DNA of 64,000 nt. Origin: a virus. Taxonomy: Duplodnaviria; Caudoviricetes. The DNA lies in the IMG/VR virus record IMGVR_UViG_3300035696_002928, positions 1 through 64,000 of that record; one strand, given 5' to 3'. The translations under genes were made by a program, and so were the position numbers. Positions 25,962 through 34,384 of the stretch are shown here, one piece after another. The notes beneath the pieces are model-generated. The model saw nothing but the letters and a program-made list of their open reading frames with translations, did not search any database and had not been told where the DNA came from. How positions within the stretch are numbered: the stretch's first letter is position 1; each line of letters begins with the position of its first letter.

Positions 25962-26413
25962 GCGTCGTACTGCCCAAGGGCCATAAGCACGCGGCGGGCC
26001 TCGGCGATCGCAGCACTGGCATTATTGGCCCCGATGGCGTCTTTCTCGGCTGCCGTCTCGCACAGCACCTCGTAGCCAAGGGCGTAGGACTTCCAGGCAT
26101 CAGCGATGGTGTTAGCGAGAACCTTCTCCAGGACGCTGCCGCCGATCTCGTCCAAGAGCACCATGTTGTGCTGGTCATGCTGCCTGGCCTGTTCAGACAA
26201 TTGCTCCGACAAGCAACTCGTCTCAATCGCATGGAGCCTGTCGCGGTCCGTGAGCAACTGCTTGAAGTCTTCCGCACACCGCAGCGCGAGTCGTGTCCCC
26301 TGGCGACTGGTACGCAGCTTGTCTCGGGCTTCCTGCCACAGGCCGCGGTAGCGGCAAATCAATTCCACAGCCATCAACCCCACAATCAAGGCGGCGAGAC
26401 ACAAGAAGTACAT
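25958..26413 (-). CDS. Hypothetical protein with N-terminal TM helix and coiled coil
   Basis: MYFLCLAALIVGLMAVELIC. Confidence 0.6.
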   Translation of the reverse strand: MYFLCLAALIVGLMAVELICRYRGLWQEARDKLRTSRQGTRLALRCAEDFKQLLTDRDRLHAIETSCLSEQLSEQARQHDQHNMVLLDEIGGSVLEKVLANTIADAWKSYALGYEVLCETAAEKDAIGANNASAAIAEARRVLMALGQYDA

Positions 26414-26443
26414 GACGGTGTTTTCCCACAGTTAGAGGATGCG

Positions 26444-26578
26444 GCGGGACTCCCGGCCATCGCACGACGCCCTGCCAGCCACGGCAGTGGATACCATTCC
26501 GGGTCAGGCTTTACCCACCCCAGTCACCCGCCATGCGGTTATGGGTTCAGTGCCCCGGGCACATGCCGGGAGTCCTGC
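26444..26578 (-). ncRNA. Candidate structured RNA or processing element, family unknown
   Basis: 13 of 14 bp closing stem enclosing four small hairpins; fills the intergenic space. Confidence 0.4.
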
Positions 26579-26580
26579 GC

Positions 26581-26946
26581 CTAGAACACGCTGTAGTGCC
26601 AAGTGTCGCCCTTCACTTCTGCGCCCTGGACTGCGGACGAGAGGTAGTAGCCATTGCGGAAGCGAAGGTACATGCGCAGTCCTTTGCCGAGCCAAGCCGG
26701 AATCTCGCACGCAGGCGTCATTCCGGCCGGGCCTTCGGAAGAAAGCTGGCTGCTGACGAATTGCCCTACGGTTGGCTGCCGCAGTTGCGGATCGCTGGAC
26801 GAGATTTCCACCAGGCACAACTCCTGGTGCAGCACGCGCATCTCGTAAACGGCACTTTCCGTCTCGACCATCAGGCGCGTGCCGAGCTTGAGCCGTTTCA
26901 TGTCGATGCCGGGCTCCTGTCGCAGCTTTGCCGCTAATGTCGTCAT
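26581..26946 (-). CDS. Hypothetical protein, first gene after promoter motif copy 4
   Basis: GGGGAGG RBS; ATG at 26946. Confidence 0.65.
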   Translation of the reverse strand: MTTLAAKLRQEPGIDMKRLKLGTRLMVETESAVYEMRVLHQELCLVEISSSDPQLRQPTVGQFVSSQLSSEGPAGMTPACEIPAWLGKGLRMYLRFRNGYYLSSAVQGAEVKGDTWHYSVF

Positions 26947-26959
26947 ATCCAGCCTCCCC

Positions 26960-27844
26960 TTACTGAATCAGCGATTCTTCGTGAGCTAGAGTTGCTGCTT
27001 GAATATCTTCTTCAAGTTCCGCATCGCTGATGTACCCGGCGCACCACGCGCCCATCCGCGGGCCGAGTCCGGTAATTCCGCGTCCCAACATCTTGGCAAC
27101 CATCTTGTTGATCTCCGCCTTCGACTTGCGGTAGCCGAACTTGCGGCGGTACTTCAGGTCCAGATGTGCCAGTGAGGCGGTCTTGCCGTGCTCACGCTTG
27201 GCCTCCACGATCTTGCGGGCTGCGATGATCTGCTCATCGGGCGGCATGGCCGCCAGAACTTGAACGTGGACCATTCCAAGCAGTCCCGCGGCGGCGAGTT
27301 GTTGGACCTCTTCAGGAAGCGCCAGCAGCCGTTGACGGTCATGGACCCAGCGGGTCGGTCGTTTTAGCTCGGCAGCCGCCGCCCGCAGCGACACACCATC
27401 AGGAAACAGGCGGCCTAGTGCCTGGGCCTCTTCCAGCGGGTTCAGGTCTTTGCGTTCAAGGTTCTCGGTGAAGTTGAGGATGCGTGCTTGGCGTTCGGTA
27501 AGGTTATGCCGGATGCCTGCGGGTATGGTCTTCCAGTTGAGGATTTGGGCCACGGCGACGAAGCGCCGGTGTCCGGCCAGCAGGCGGTAGGCGTAGCCAT
27601 CCTGGTCCCGCGGCTCGACAATTACGGGGAATTGCAGGATGCTGTCCCGGATGCTGGCCGCCAGGTCCTCGACGGATTGCAACGTGAACGGCCCGCGGCA
27701 ATTGAACGTCTCGTCATAGAAAATGCTGGCGATCGGCACTGCGTAGGCGTCGTACTGCGGCAGGCGCTCTAGGTTGTCGTCACGCTTCGTTTCCCTGGCG
27801 ACTTCAACCTCTAGCCCAGCTTCGTGTTGCACGGCTTCGGCCAT
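26960..27844 (-). CDS. ParB/Spo0J-like protein
   Basis: LAASIRDSILQFPVIV, LLAGHRR, NFTENLERKDLNPLEEA, HTH. Confidence 0.85.
   Translation of the reverse strand: MAEAVQHEAGLEVEVARETKRDDNLERLPQYDAYAVPIASIFYDETFNCRGPFTLQSVEDLAASIRDSILQFPVIVEPRDQDGYAYRLLAGHRRFVAVAQILNWKTIPAGIRHNLTERQARILNFTENLERKDLNPLEEAQALGRLFPDGVSLRAAAAELKRPTRWVHDRQRLLALPEEVQQLAAAGLLGMVHVQVLAAMPPDEQIIAARKIVEAKREHGKTASLAHLDLKYRRKFGYRKSKAEINKMVAKMLGRGITGLGPRMGAWCAGYISDAELEEDIQAATLAHEESLIQ
26961..26993 (-). promoter_or_regulatory. Bipartite repeated motif copy 4 (inside the 3' end of the ParB-like gene)
   Basis: TACTGAATCAGCG-attcttcgtga-GCTAGAGTT. Confidence 0.75.
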
Positions 27845-28599
27845 GTTCCAAGCCACTCCAAGACGTTGGTGGTGCCGTCGTCTTCGATCTTGACATAGGT
27901 GTCGTTCTGACGAGCCCACGACCCGGTGTTGAAGTGGTAGTCGCCGATTCGACCTGGGGCGTGCGTATGGCCGTAGACCACCACGTCGCACTGCTTTTCC
28001 TGGCGGTACTTCTCGACGCCCTCGACCATCTCAGCCTGCCGGCCGTGCTGGAACGTCAGCGTTCTCCACAGCGTCAGGGCGCTTTCCAGCGTGCCGACAA
28101 ACTCGTCGGCGACGGCGTGGCCCTTGTGCGTGAACGGGCTCTTGTTGCGATCTTCCAGCATCCCGCTGATGATGGCCGTGATTTCGCCGACGCCGGGATT
28201 CGGCTCGCAGCAGTACGGATCGGCTTCGTGGCCGTGGAGGAAGGCAAACCTCCGGCCGCCGATGGTTTCCTCGAAGGGGTGGCAGGACCGCTGGAACAGC
28301 GGGTGGTCGATCATCAGCGGCGTGCCGATCAGCGGAGCCAGGGCGTTGTCATGGTTCCCTACAATCCACGTCGCCCCCATCGCATCGAGCCGATCCAACA
28401 GCAAGCGGTGCGCCACGATGGCAGCCCCAACCGGAACCTGCCAGAAATCGAGCAGATCGCCAAGAATCAGCAGCCGGCCGTGTTCGCTCTCCACCATGTC
28501 AAGGAACTTGCCGAACCGCACCTCCCGGTCCTGGAAGGCGAAGGCGTCGCGCGGGCCTTTATCGCAAGCGTGCAGGTCACTGACACAAAAATGCGGCAT
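27811..28599 (-). CDS. Calcineurin-like metallophosphoesterase (LpxH-like)
   Basis: VSDLH, LGDLLD, VGNHD, FLHGH, VYGHTH. Confidence 0.85.
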   Translation of the reverse strand: MPHFCVSDLHACDKGPRDAFAFQDREVRFGKFLDMVESEHGRLLILGDLLDFWQVPVGAAIVAHRLLLDRLDAMGATWIVGNHDNALAPLIGTPLMIDHPLFQRSCHPFEETIGGRRFAFLHGHEADPYCCEPNPGVGEITAIISGMLEDRNKSPFTHKGHAVADEFVGTLESALTLWRTLTFQHGRQAEMVEGVEKYRQEKQCDVVVYGHTHAPGRIGDYHFNTGSWARQNDTYVKIEDDGTTNVLEWLGTWPKPCNTKLG

Positions 28600-28616
28600 G
28601 AGTCTGGCTTTCTGGG

Positions 28617-29291
28617 TTAGCGTGGCCTGATTTCATCCAGCGAGCGGAAGCCGGGTGCCCCGAACACGCCGTCCATGAATCCTTTGTCCACGGCCTCCGC
28701 CGCAGGCATGTACCACTCGCGGACCTCGTTCATGCGTTGTCGCAGGTACTCGCGCACACGGTCCTTGGAGTATTTGTTGCGCCGGAAGAATGAGCCGCGG
28801 TAGCACTTGGCTGTGTAGATGGCGAGCATCTGGCCGTCCAGGCGATCATTCTGCTTGGCCTCCGCCAGAAAGCTGCGAGCATCGCCCTCATAGGCGGCCG
28901 TGCCGAAGTGGACCATGAAGTCCGCGTTGGGCATGATGACCCGCTTCTTGGCTGCCTGCGGAATGATGCTCGACATGCTTCGCGCGTGGGCGTAGGCAAG
29001 CAGTGTGACGGGCGATTGACTGGCCGCGATGGCATCGTAGATGGCGATGCCGTAATTCCAGTCACCGCCACAGGTGCATTGATGCACGAGGATGGACTGA
29101 TGATTCAGCGAATTCAGAAAGAGAAGGTTCTTGATGAACGTGTTGGCGCAGGCGAAATCAATGCCGTCCTCCTCGTTCGCGGCCGGACTCATTAGTACGA
29201 TCTCGCGCGTATCGGGATTGATCCCGAACTCGTGCAGGTCATAGACCAGTTCCGACCGTTGCGAAATGCTGCGGCGAGGCTTACGTTTCAT
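28617..29291 (-). CDS. ClpP-like serine protease
   Basis: GGDWNYGIAIYDAI, ARSMSS (Ser), FMVH (His), WYMPAAEAVDKGFMD. Confidence 0.85.
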   Translation of the reverse strand: MKRKPRRSISQRSELVYDLHEFGINPDTREIVLMSPAANEEDGIDFACANTFIKNLLFLNSLNHQSILVHQCTCGGDWNYGIAIYDAIAASQSPVTLLAYAHARSMSSIIPQAAKKRVIMPNADFMVHFGTAAYEGDARSFLAEAKQNDRLDGQMLAIYTAKCYRGSFFRRNKYSKDRVREYLRQRMNEVREWYMPAAEAVDKGFMDGVFGAPGFRSLDEIRPR

Positions 29292-29442
29292 CGGCTTTCT
29301 CCACAGTGAGAAAATGCACGTCCGCGGGATGGCTGTCGAAATCCAGCCACTCGCAGATTTGCCGCCGGAGAACGTCGCCGACCGTGTACAGGTCAGTGTC
29401 CGCCGGCATGTTGTCAAGTTGCAGGACAACTCTCACGTTCAT
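29281..29442 (-). CDS. Small hypothetical protein
   Basis: ATG immediately downstream of the tRNA. Confidence 0.45.
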   Translation of the reverse strand: MNVRVVLQLDNMPADTDLYTVGDVLRRQICEWLDFDSHPADVHFLTVEKADET

Positions 29443-29445
29443 AGG

Positions 29446-29518
29446 CTGCATCGCCAGGACTCGAACCTGGAACCACCGCATTAACAATGCGGCGCTCTAC
29501 CAAATGAGCTACGATGCA
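29446..29518 (-). tRNA. tRNA-Asn (GTT)
   Basis: Acceptor TGCATCG/CGATGCA, D arm GCTC/GAGC, anticodon arm CCGCA-TTGTTAA-TGCGG, T arm CCAGG-TTCGAGT-CCTGG; CCA not encoded. Confidence 0.95.
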
Positions 29519-29586
29519 GAACGGCTCGCACCGTCGTCCCACGGGCGGCCACGGTGCGGGTACTGTTTCCGCGCATGGCGGATCAG

Positions 29587-29805
29587 CTACGGTACGTCCT
29601 GGTTGTTGCGCGGGTCCTCGTAGGCGTCGTCCTCGTTGTCGCTGAAGTCCTCGTCTTCGTCCTCGTCGTCGAAGTCCTCGTCTTCGTCGAAGTAGGGATC
29701 GAACTCGTCGTCATCGAAGTCGTCCTCGTCGAAGTCGTCCTCGTCGAAGTCGTCCTCGTCGTCCCACTCCTCGGGCACTTCAATGGGTCGGTCGGCGTCG
29801 GGCAT
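29587..29805 (-). CDS. Extremely acidic small protein
   Basis: 43 of 72 residues Asp/Glu with periodic Phe; GGAG RBS. Confidence 0.7.
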   Translation of the reverse strand: MPDADRPIEVPEEWDDEDDFDEDDFDEDDFDDDEFDPYFDEDEDFDDEDEDEDFSDNEDDAYEDPRNNQDVP

Positions 29806-29918
29806 GGATGCGCTCCTGGTACTGGGGGATTGGGAAGCAGTCGCAAGGACGCGGGCGGACGTTTATCGGCGTCTCGTTTAACTGCCAGGCAGGAACCCCT
29901 GGCCAGCCCGCGGTTCGT

Positions 29919-30467
29919 TCAACGATGGCCGCCACCGCCGTGACCGCCACCGTGGCCACCACCGCCACCGTGGCTACCGCCATGACCCGGCGGCGGGCCG
30001 CCATGACCCGGCGGCGGGCCGATATGACCGGGCGGACAGCCGTGATGCGGGTCGTGCCCGGGGTAATGCGGCGGCCCCAGCGGGCCGACATGCCCCGGCG
30101 GCGTCGGATAGCCATAATGCGGCTGGTGGTAGGACGGCCCGTGGTAATACCAGTTGTCACCCCAGCCGTAGACGTAGGGCTCGTCGTTGTTGTCGTACCA
30201 GTAGTCGCTATACAGCGACGGGTAGAACACCCACGACTGGCTCGATACGCAGGGATTGACGCAGAGCCCGTAATGCGGCGCGTACACGGTCGGCGTCGGC
30301 GGCTCCGGCAGAGGGTCGTCGTCCGCGATTTCCAACCTGGCACCCGCAGGAACCAGGTATCGCGTGCCATTCTCCAAGACGAGCACGCCGCCCTTGGGAA
30401 GATTCACGGTCGCCGCCTGCACGAGGCCGGCGGTCAACATCACGACCAGGGTCAACAGATACTTCAT
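29919..30467 (-). CDS. Secreted protein with Tyr/Pro- and Gly/His-rich low-complexity tail
   Basis: Signal peptide MKYLLTLVVMLTAGLVQAA; GHGGPPP repeats. Confidence 0.7.
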   Translation of the reverse strand: MKYLLTLVVMLTAGLVQAATVNLPKGGVLVLENGTRYLVPAGARLEIADDDPLPEPPTPTVYAPHYGLCVNPCVSSQSWVFYPSLYSDYWYDNNDEPYVYGWGDNWYYHGPSYHQPHYGYPTPPGHVGPLGPPHYPGHDPHHGCPPGHIGPPPGHGGPPPGHGGSHGGGGGHGGGHGGGGHR

Positions 30468-30727
30468 GGCTGGCCTTTCTCCGCGTTGACCTTGGCTCGC
30501 AACTCGCCGAGCACTTCGTCAAGCGTCTGGTACTCGCCGCGCTCGATGGCGGCAATGCAACGGCGCTCCATTTCGGCGTCGTAGACGACCACAACGTCGT
30601 CCACGCTGTAGCAGCGGCCGAGCCACTGCCGCCAGACGCAGAAGTGAAGCTGGTGGCTGGCGTCCCAGTAGCGTGTCCGGTACATCAGCGGAAAGAGTTG
30701 CTTGAGGTAGTAGAGGAGCGTACTCAT
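30464..30727 (-). CDS. Hypothetical protein
   Basis: ATGA-coupled. Confidence 0.55.
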   Translation of the reverse strand: MSTLLYYLKQLFPLMYRTRYWDASHQLHFCVWRQWLGRCYSVDDVVVVYDAEMERRCIAAIERGEYQTLDEVLGELRAKVNAEKGQP

Positions 30728-31080
30728 GGTTTCTCGATCTCCAAGCGGTTGAAAGCGATGATCCGCATGTCGTCCAGGTGCCGTTGGATGGCCTCTGTTT
30801 GCCCGACGCTGCTCCGGCTCCGGGTGGGCCGCAGCCCGCAATCCCAGAGCATGTCCATTAGCTCCTGGGCCTCCATCCCCTGAAGGCGAAAGGTCGGATC
30901 GAGCGGTGCGCCGTCCGGCAACTCCACGAACTCCAGGGGCTTGGCGACCCGCCGCGGCTGGCCGCTCACATGCTCCACCAGCAGGAAGCCCACCTGCTCG
31001 CTCCACGGGTCGCGGTGCGCGACCGCGCGGATGAACTTGTAAAAGTCATAGCCAGATAGATCACGCACCGGTATCTCCAA
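30724..31080 (-). CDS. Hypothetical protein
   Basis: AQELMDMLWDCGLRP...AIQRHLDDMR, a pattern typical of phage proteins. Confidence 0.6.
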   Translation of the reverse strand: MEIPVRDLSGYDFYKFIRAVAHRDPWSEQVGFLLVEHVSGQPRRVAKPLEFVELPDGAPLDPTFRLQGMEAQELMDMLWDCGLRPTRSRSSVGQTEAIQRHLDDMRIIAFNRLEIEKP

Positions 31081-31279
31081 TCACGTAGTAGTTGACGAGC
31101 AGGTCCATGATCTGATACAGCGTCAGGCCGTGGGCATAAATCAGCGTGTCGCCGTACCGCATGAGCAACTCGTAGCGGACCAGTACACCGGTCTGCATCC
31201 GCACGTCGCGGAAGCGCTGGTCGCCGTTGGCCTCCCGCTCTTGCGCATCGCATGGTCCGCCCAAGAAGATCGCTCTCAT
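31061..31279 (-). CDS. Hypothetical protein
   Basis: MRAIFLGGPCD start resembles a common small phage family. Confidence 0.55.
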   Translation of the reverse strand: MRAIFLGGPCDAQEREANGDQRFRDVRMQTGVLVRYELLMRYGDTLIYAHGLTLYQIMDLLVNYYVIGDTGA

Positions 31280-31293
31280 GCTCGCTCAGGGTC

Positions 31294-31575
31294 TCAGATG
31301 AAAAGGTGGAAAAGGAAGCCCAGGCCCAGGACCACGGCCCCTTCGGCGAACACGTTCAGGATGTTGCCGCCTTCCTTCGTCGTGCGGAGGAAGTAGTTGA
31401 TGACCAGGGCCACGCCCAGGGCGGCGGCAATGGTCAGCCTCGGCAGCCCGAAGACGGGAACGATCAGCCAGCCCCACAGGACCGACAGGCAGAACCCGCG
31501 GACCAGCGCCGCAGCCACGATCAGGCAGATGGTTCCCAGCAGAAAAGACAGGGACAAGGAGACCTTGTTGAACAT
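31294..31575 (-). CDS. Small membrane protein
   Basis: GFCLSVLWGWLIVPVFGLPRLTIAAALG; three hydrophobic segments. Confidence 0.65.
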   Translation of the reverse strand: MFNKVSLSLSFLLGTICLIVAAALVRGFCLSVLWGWLIVPVFGLPRLTIAAALGVALVINYFLRTTKEGGNILNVFAEGAVVLGLGFLFHLFI

Positions 31576-31612
31576 AGAGCACTCCGGGTTGGAGGAAAGG
31601 AAACGACTCGTT

Positions 31613-32926
31613 CTACTGCAACGGCCCCACGTCACGGCCGCCGTCGATGAGGTAGCGCCGCGGTCCTTGCTTCTCGCGCTCGTGCCGTAGCTTGACGTTC
31701 ATCCGCCAGGTGATGCCGTGCTTGGCATTGACGCCGTGAATCCATTGCGACGGCTCGCGGTAGCCGGACAGCGAGTTGTAGGCGAAGGCGTCGGTGCCGA
31801 CCCACGACCCGTTGACCAGCAGTTCGCCGTCCACGTCGGAAAGGACGCTGGCGGCATGGTGATGGCCGCAGCAGAAGTACCGGCAGCGTTGTGCGCCGGC
31901 CGCGGCCCCCAGGGCGATCAGGCCCTTCTGGCGGCGGACCATGCCGTACCACGGGATGCCCAGGTTCGATCGCACGTCGTCACCGTGCGAGACGTTGAAC
32001 CCGACGCCGTTGATGTTCAGGTTGGCCGACCACGCATCGGGAATGGTGAAATGGACATTGGCCATTTCACGGCAGTGCAAGCGGGCCACCTCGGCGACCA
32101 GATAGTCCCAGTTGTCCTGCGCGCCGAGGTAGTCCTTCTTCGGCGTCCGCCGGCCGTGATTGCCCGCCAGGTACAGGATATGGACCTGCTCGAAGTGGGC
32201 CGCCAGGTCGCGGTACATCAGGGCGTGAAGCTGGCCGATGGCCAGGCAGTTCTTGAACTGGTTGCGGTAGTAGGACCGCTCGCAGGCTTTGTGGATTTCG
32301 CCGCTGGTGTAGTCGCCGTAGGCCAGCACCCAGAGCACCGGAAAGTAGAACTTCGGCACCAGGGTGTCCTGGGTCCATTCGACCACGGTGTCCACGTACC
32401 GCTCGGCGCGGGCGCAACTGACCGGGAAGCTGTAGTCTTCCAGGCCGCCGACCTCCTCCGGCCGCACGACCTGATCGTGGTGGCCGTCCGAAAGGTGCAT
32501 GACGACATGCTCGGTAATCTTCGCCTTGCGCCGGAAGTCCAGAACCGGCGGAAGGGCGGCGAACGGCGTCACCCGCTGCTCCATTTCACCGACAATGGCC
32601 TTGAACAGGCCGGCGCTCTTGGCGCTGGCCTTGACCTTCTGCCGCTCGCGGTTGCGCTCTTCGGTCAGATGGATGACCTCGGCCTCCAACTCCATGATCT
32701 TCCGGTCGGTCGGGTCGTAGTCGGGGATCGCCTTGTGCTGGCCGCCGGCCGCCTTGGGTCCGGGGGCTTCCCCATCGGGCCACGGCACGTCCTTATGCAC
32801 GCGGCCGGTGGCGATGTCGGAAACGATGGATCGGCTGACCTTGTGCCGCTTGGCAATGACCGGCTGCGATACGCCCGCGGCGATTGCCGTCTTGATCTTC
32901 ACGACTGTTTTCTTGGACAAGCGCAT
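31613..32926 (-). CDS. HTH + coiled-coil + calcineurin-like metallophosphoesterase
   Basis: N-terminal VSQPVIAKRHKVSRSIVSDI HTH; LSDGH, YGD, AGNHG, SHGD, GHHH. Confidence 0.8.
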   Translation of the reverse strand: MRLSKKTVVKIKTAIAAGVSQPVIAKRHKVSRSIVSDIATGRVHKDVPWPDGEAPGPKAAGGQHKAIPDYDPTDRKIMELEAEVIHLTEERNRERQKVKASAKSAGLFKAIVGEMEQRVTPFAALPPVLDFRRKAKITEHVVMHLSDGHHDQVVRPEEVGGLEDYSFPVSCARAERYVDTVVEWTQDTLVPKFYFPVLWVLAYGDYTSGEIHKACERSYYRNQFKNCLAIGQLHALMYRDLAAHFEQVHILYLAGNHGRRTPKKDYLGAQDNWDYLVAEVARLHCREMANVHFTIPDAWSANLNINGVGFNVSHGDDVRSNLGIPWYGMVRRQKGLIALGAAAGAQRCRYFCCGHHHAASVLSDVDGELLVNGSWVGTDAFAYNSLSGYREPSQWIHGVNAKHGITWRMNVKLRHEREKQGPRRYLIDGGRDVGPLQ

Positions 32927-32969
32927 AGTGACTCCGCTCTCGCCTCGCCGGTGACAGGAAATGGATAAG

Positions 32970-33001
32970 GCCGGACGGCCCCTGGGACGGGACCGTCCGG
33001 C
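32970..33001 (-). terminator. GC-rich hairpin, possible terminator
   Basis: GCCGGACGG/CCGTCCGGC stem with a weak pyrimidine tract on the minus strand. Confidence 0.4.
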
Positions 33002-33016
33002 ATGGGAGGGCTGGAC

Positions 33017-33952
33017 TTACTGCGTGCGAACGAACTGCTCGATCCAGCTACGCGCGGCCTCGAAGTTGAAGCCGCCCAGACAGGGCTCGGACAAGTCGGG
33101 GCTGCCGCGCCCGGAGCCGACTACCGCGGCGTCTTCCACCGGAATGGCCTCGATGTCTTTCAGGGTGGGCATCTTGACGGTCGGGTCGATAGCCCATTCG
33201 ATCTTGGCTTCCTTGGCAAAGGCATGGATGCGCCGCACGGGAACGATGAAGTTGAAGCCCTGGAGCCGCTGCACGCCCTGGGTCAGCATCCCGACGTAGA
33301 CGCCATCCGCCTTGATGTACACGCCGCCGCCCGAGCTACCGGGGAAAGCCACGGCCGTCACCTGGTCGAAGACCTTGACGTTCGCGCCCTTCATCGGCAA
33401 CGTCCGCCCCACCTGGCTGAGCACGCCGGTCGTGTAGCTGTTCGCCCCGAATTGGCCGAGGAGACTGCCGCAATGCGCCAGTTCGACGCCGATGGCCGGG
33501 ATGTAGTCCTTCTCCAGGTGGAACTTCGTATTCAGCGTGATCGGGTAGGCATTCTTGCAGCGGACCATGAGCAGGGCCAGGTCTTCGCCATAATCGGCGT
33601 CCGACACCTTGATGACCTTGGCGTCGAACTTCACTTCGCCGACCCGCCGGCCGCCTTCCTGCCGCTCCTGGACGATCTCGGCGTCCTTGTATTCGATCAG
33701 GGTCCGCGTGGTGCCGTTGGCCGTGACGACCGTGCGTGACGTGCGCAGATTGTCAACGACGTGGGCCGCCGTCCAGACGAAACTCACGGTGTCCTCGCCG
33801 ATCTTTCGAGTGACGAGGTTGCCGGAACCCTGGGCCTCCCCGGACTTGATGGTCACGCTGATCTGCTGCAAATCGTCGGGCACGCCCGCCAGGGCCGTGC
33901 CGCCCAACAGGGCGAGGGACAAGGCGAAAACCAGAAACAGGCTACTCTTCAT
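33017..33952 (-). CDS. Secreted trypsin-like (S1) serine protease
   Basis: Signal peptide; WTAAHVV (His), DLALL (Asp), PGSSGGG (Ser). Confidence 0.88.
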   Translation of the reverse strand: MKSSLFLVFALSLALLGGTALAGVPDDLQQISVTIKSGEAQGSGNLVTRKIGEDTVSFVWTAAHVVDNLRTSRTVVTANGTTRTLIEYKDAEIVQERQEGGRRVGEVKFDAKVIKVSDADYGEDLALLMVRCKNAYPITLNTKFHLEKDYIPAIGVELAHCGSLLGQFGANSYTTGVLSQVGRTLPMKGANVKVFDQVTAVAFPGSSGGGVYIKADGVYVGMLTQGVQRLQGFNFIVPVRRIHAFAKEAKIEWAIDPTVKMPTLKDIEAIPVEDAAVVGSGRGSPDLSEPCLGGFNFEAARSWIEQFVRTQ

Positions 33953-34030
33953 CGGTGCAACTCCAAAAGGTGAAAAGGAAAGGAAAACGCGACAGCCGCT
34001 CAGATGTCGAGCGACGAGTCCTCGTCCATG

Positions 34031-34384
34031 TCACGATCCGTGTCGTAATCTTCGGTACTCCTCCGCGTCAGGGTCATCCATGATCTCGACTTCGATCTGA
34101 CGCTCGCACTCCGGTTTCAAGCGAACAACAAGTCCTTCGTGAAGGCGCTCGACAAGTGAACCCGGGTTGTCAGGGCACCACTCCATCAAGACTTCAATTG
34201 TCACGGCTAGGCCCACCGAATTCGGCTCGGTGAGCATAAACGCCAAGCCGACAAGTTCACCCTCGTCAGCAACGGCCTCGTGAACCGCGGCACGAAGGCG
34301 CTTGCCCCAACTACGACGAAAGCCGCTCGCGTCTTCGTCCCAGTGGCCGGAATACACCAGGATGCGGCATTGGATGTACTTCAC
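34031..34384 (-). CDS. Hypothetical protein
   Basis: GTG start coupled to the helicase stop. Confidence 0.5.
   Translation of the reverse strand: MKYIQCRILVYSGHWDEDASGFRRSWGKRLRAAVHEAVADEGELVGLAFMLTEPNSVGLAVTIEVLMEWCPDNPGSLVERLHEGLVVRLKPECERQIEVEIMDDPDAEEYRRLRHGS

Noticed and set aside
29930-30030. 21-bp tandem repeats (CCGCCATGACCCGGCGGCGGG)
   Set aside because: Explained by the coding GHGGPPP low-complexity tail of 29919-30467.
34000-34060. Possible +1 frameshift giving an acidic tail (EDYDTDRDMDEDSSLDI) on ORF 34031-34384
   Set aside because: No slippery site or stimulatory element; a single-base indel, sequencing error or chance is equally likely.
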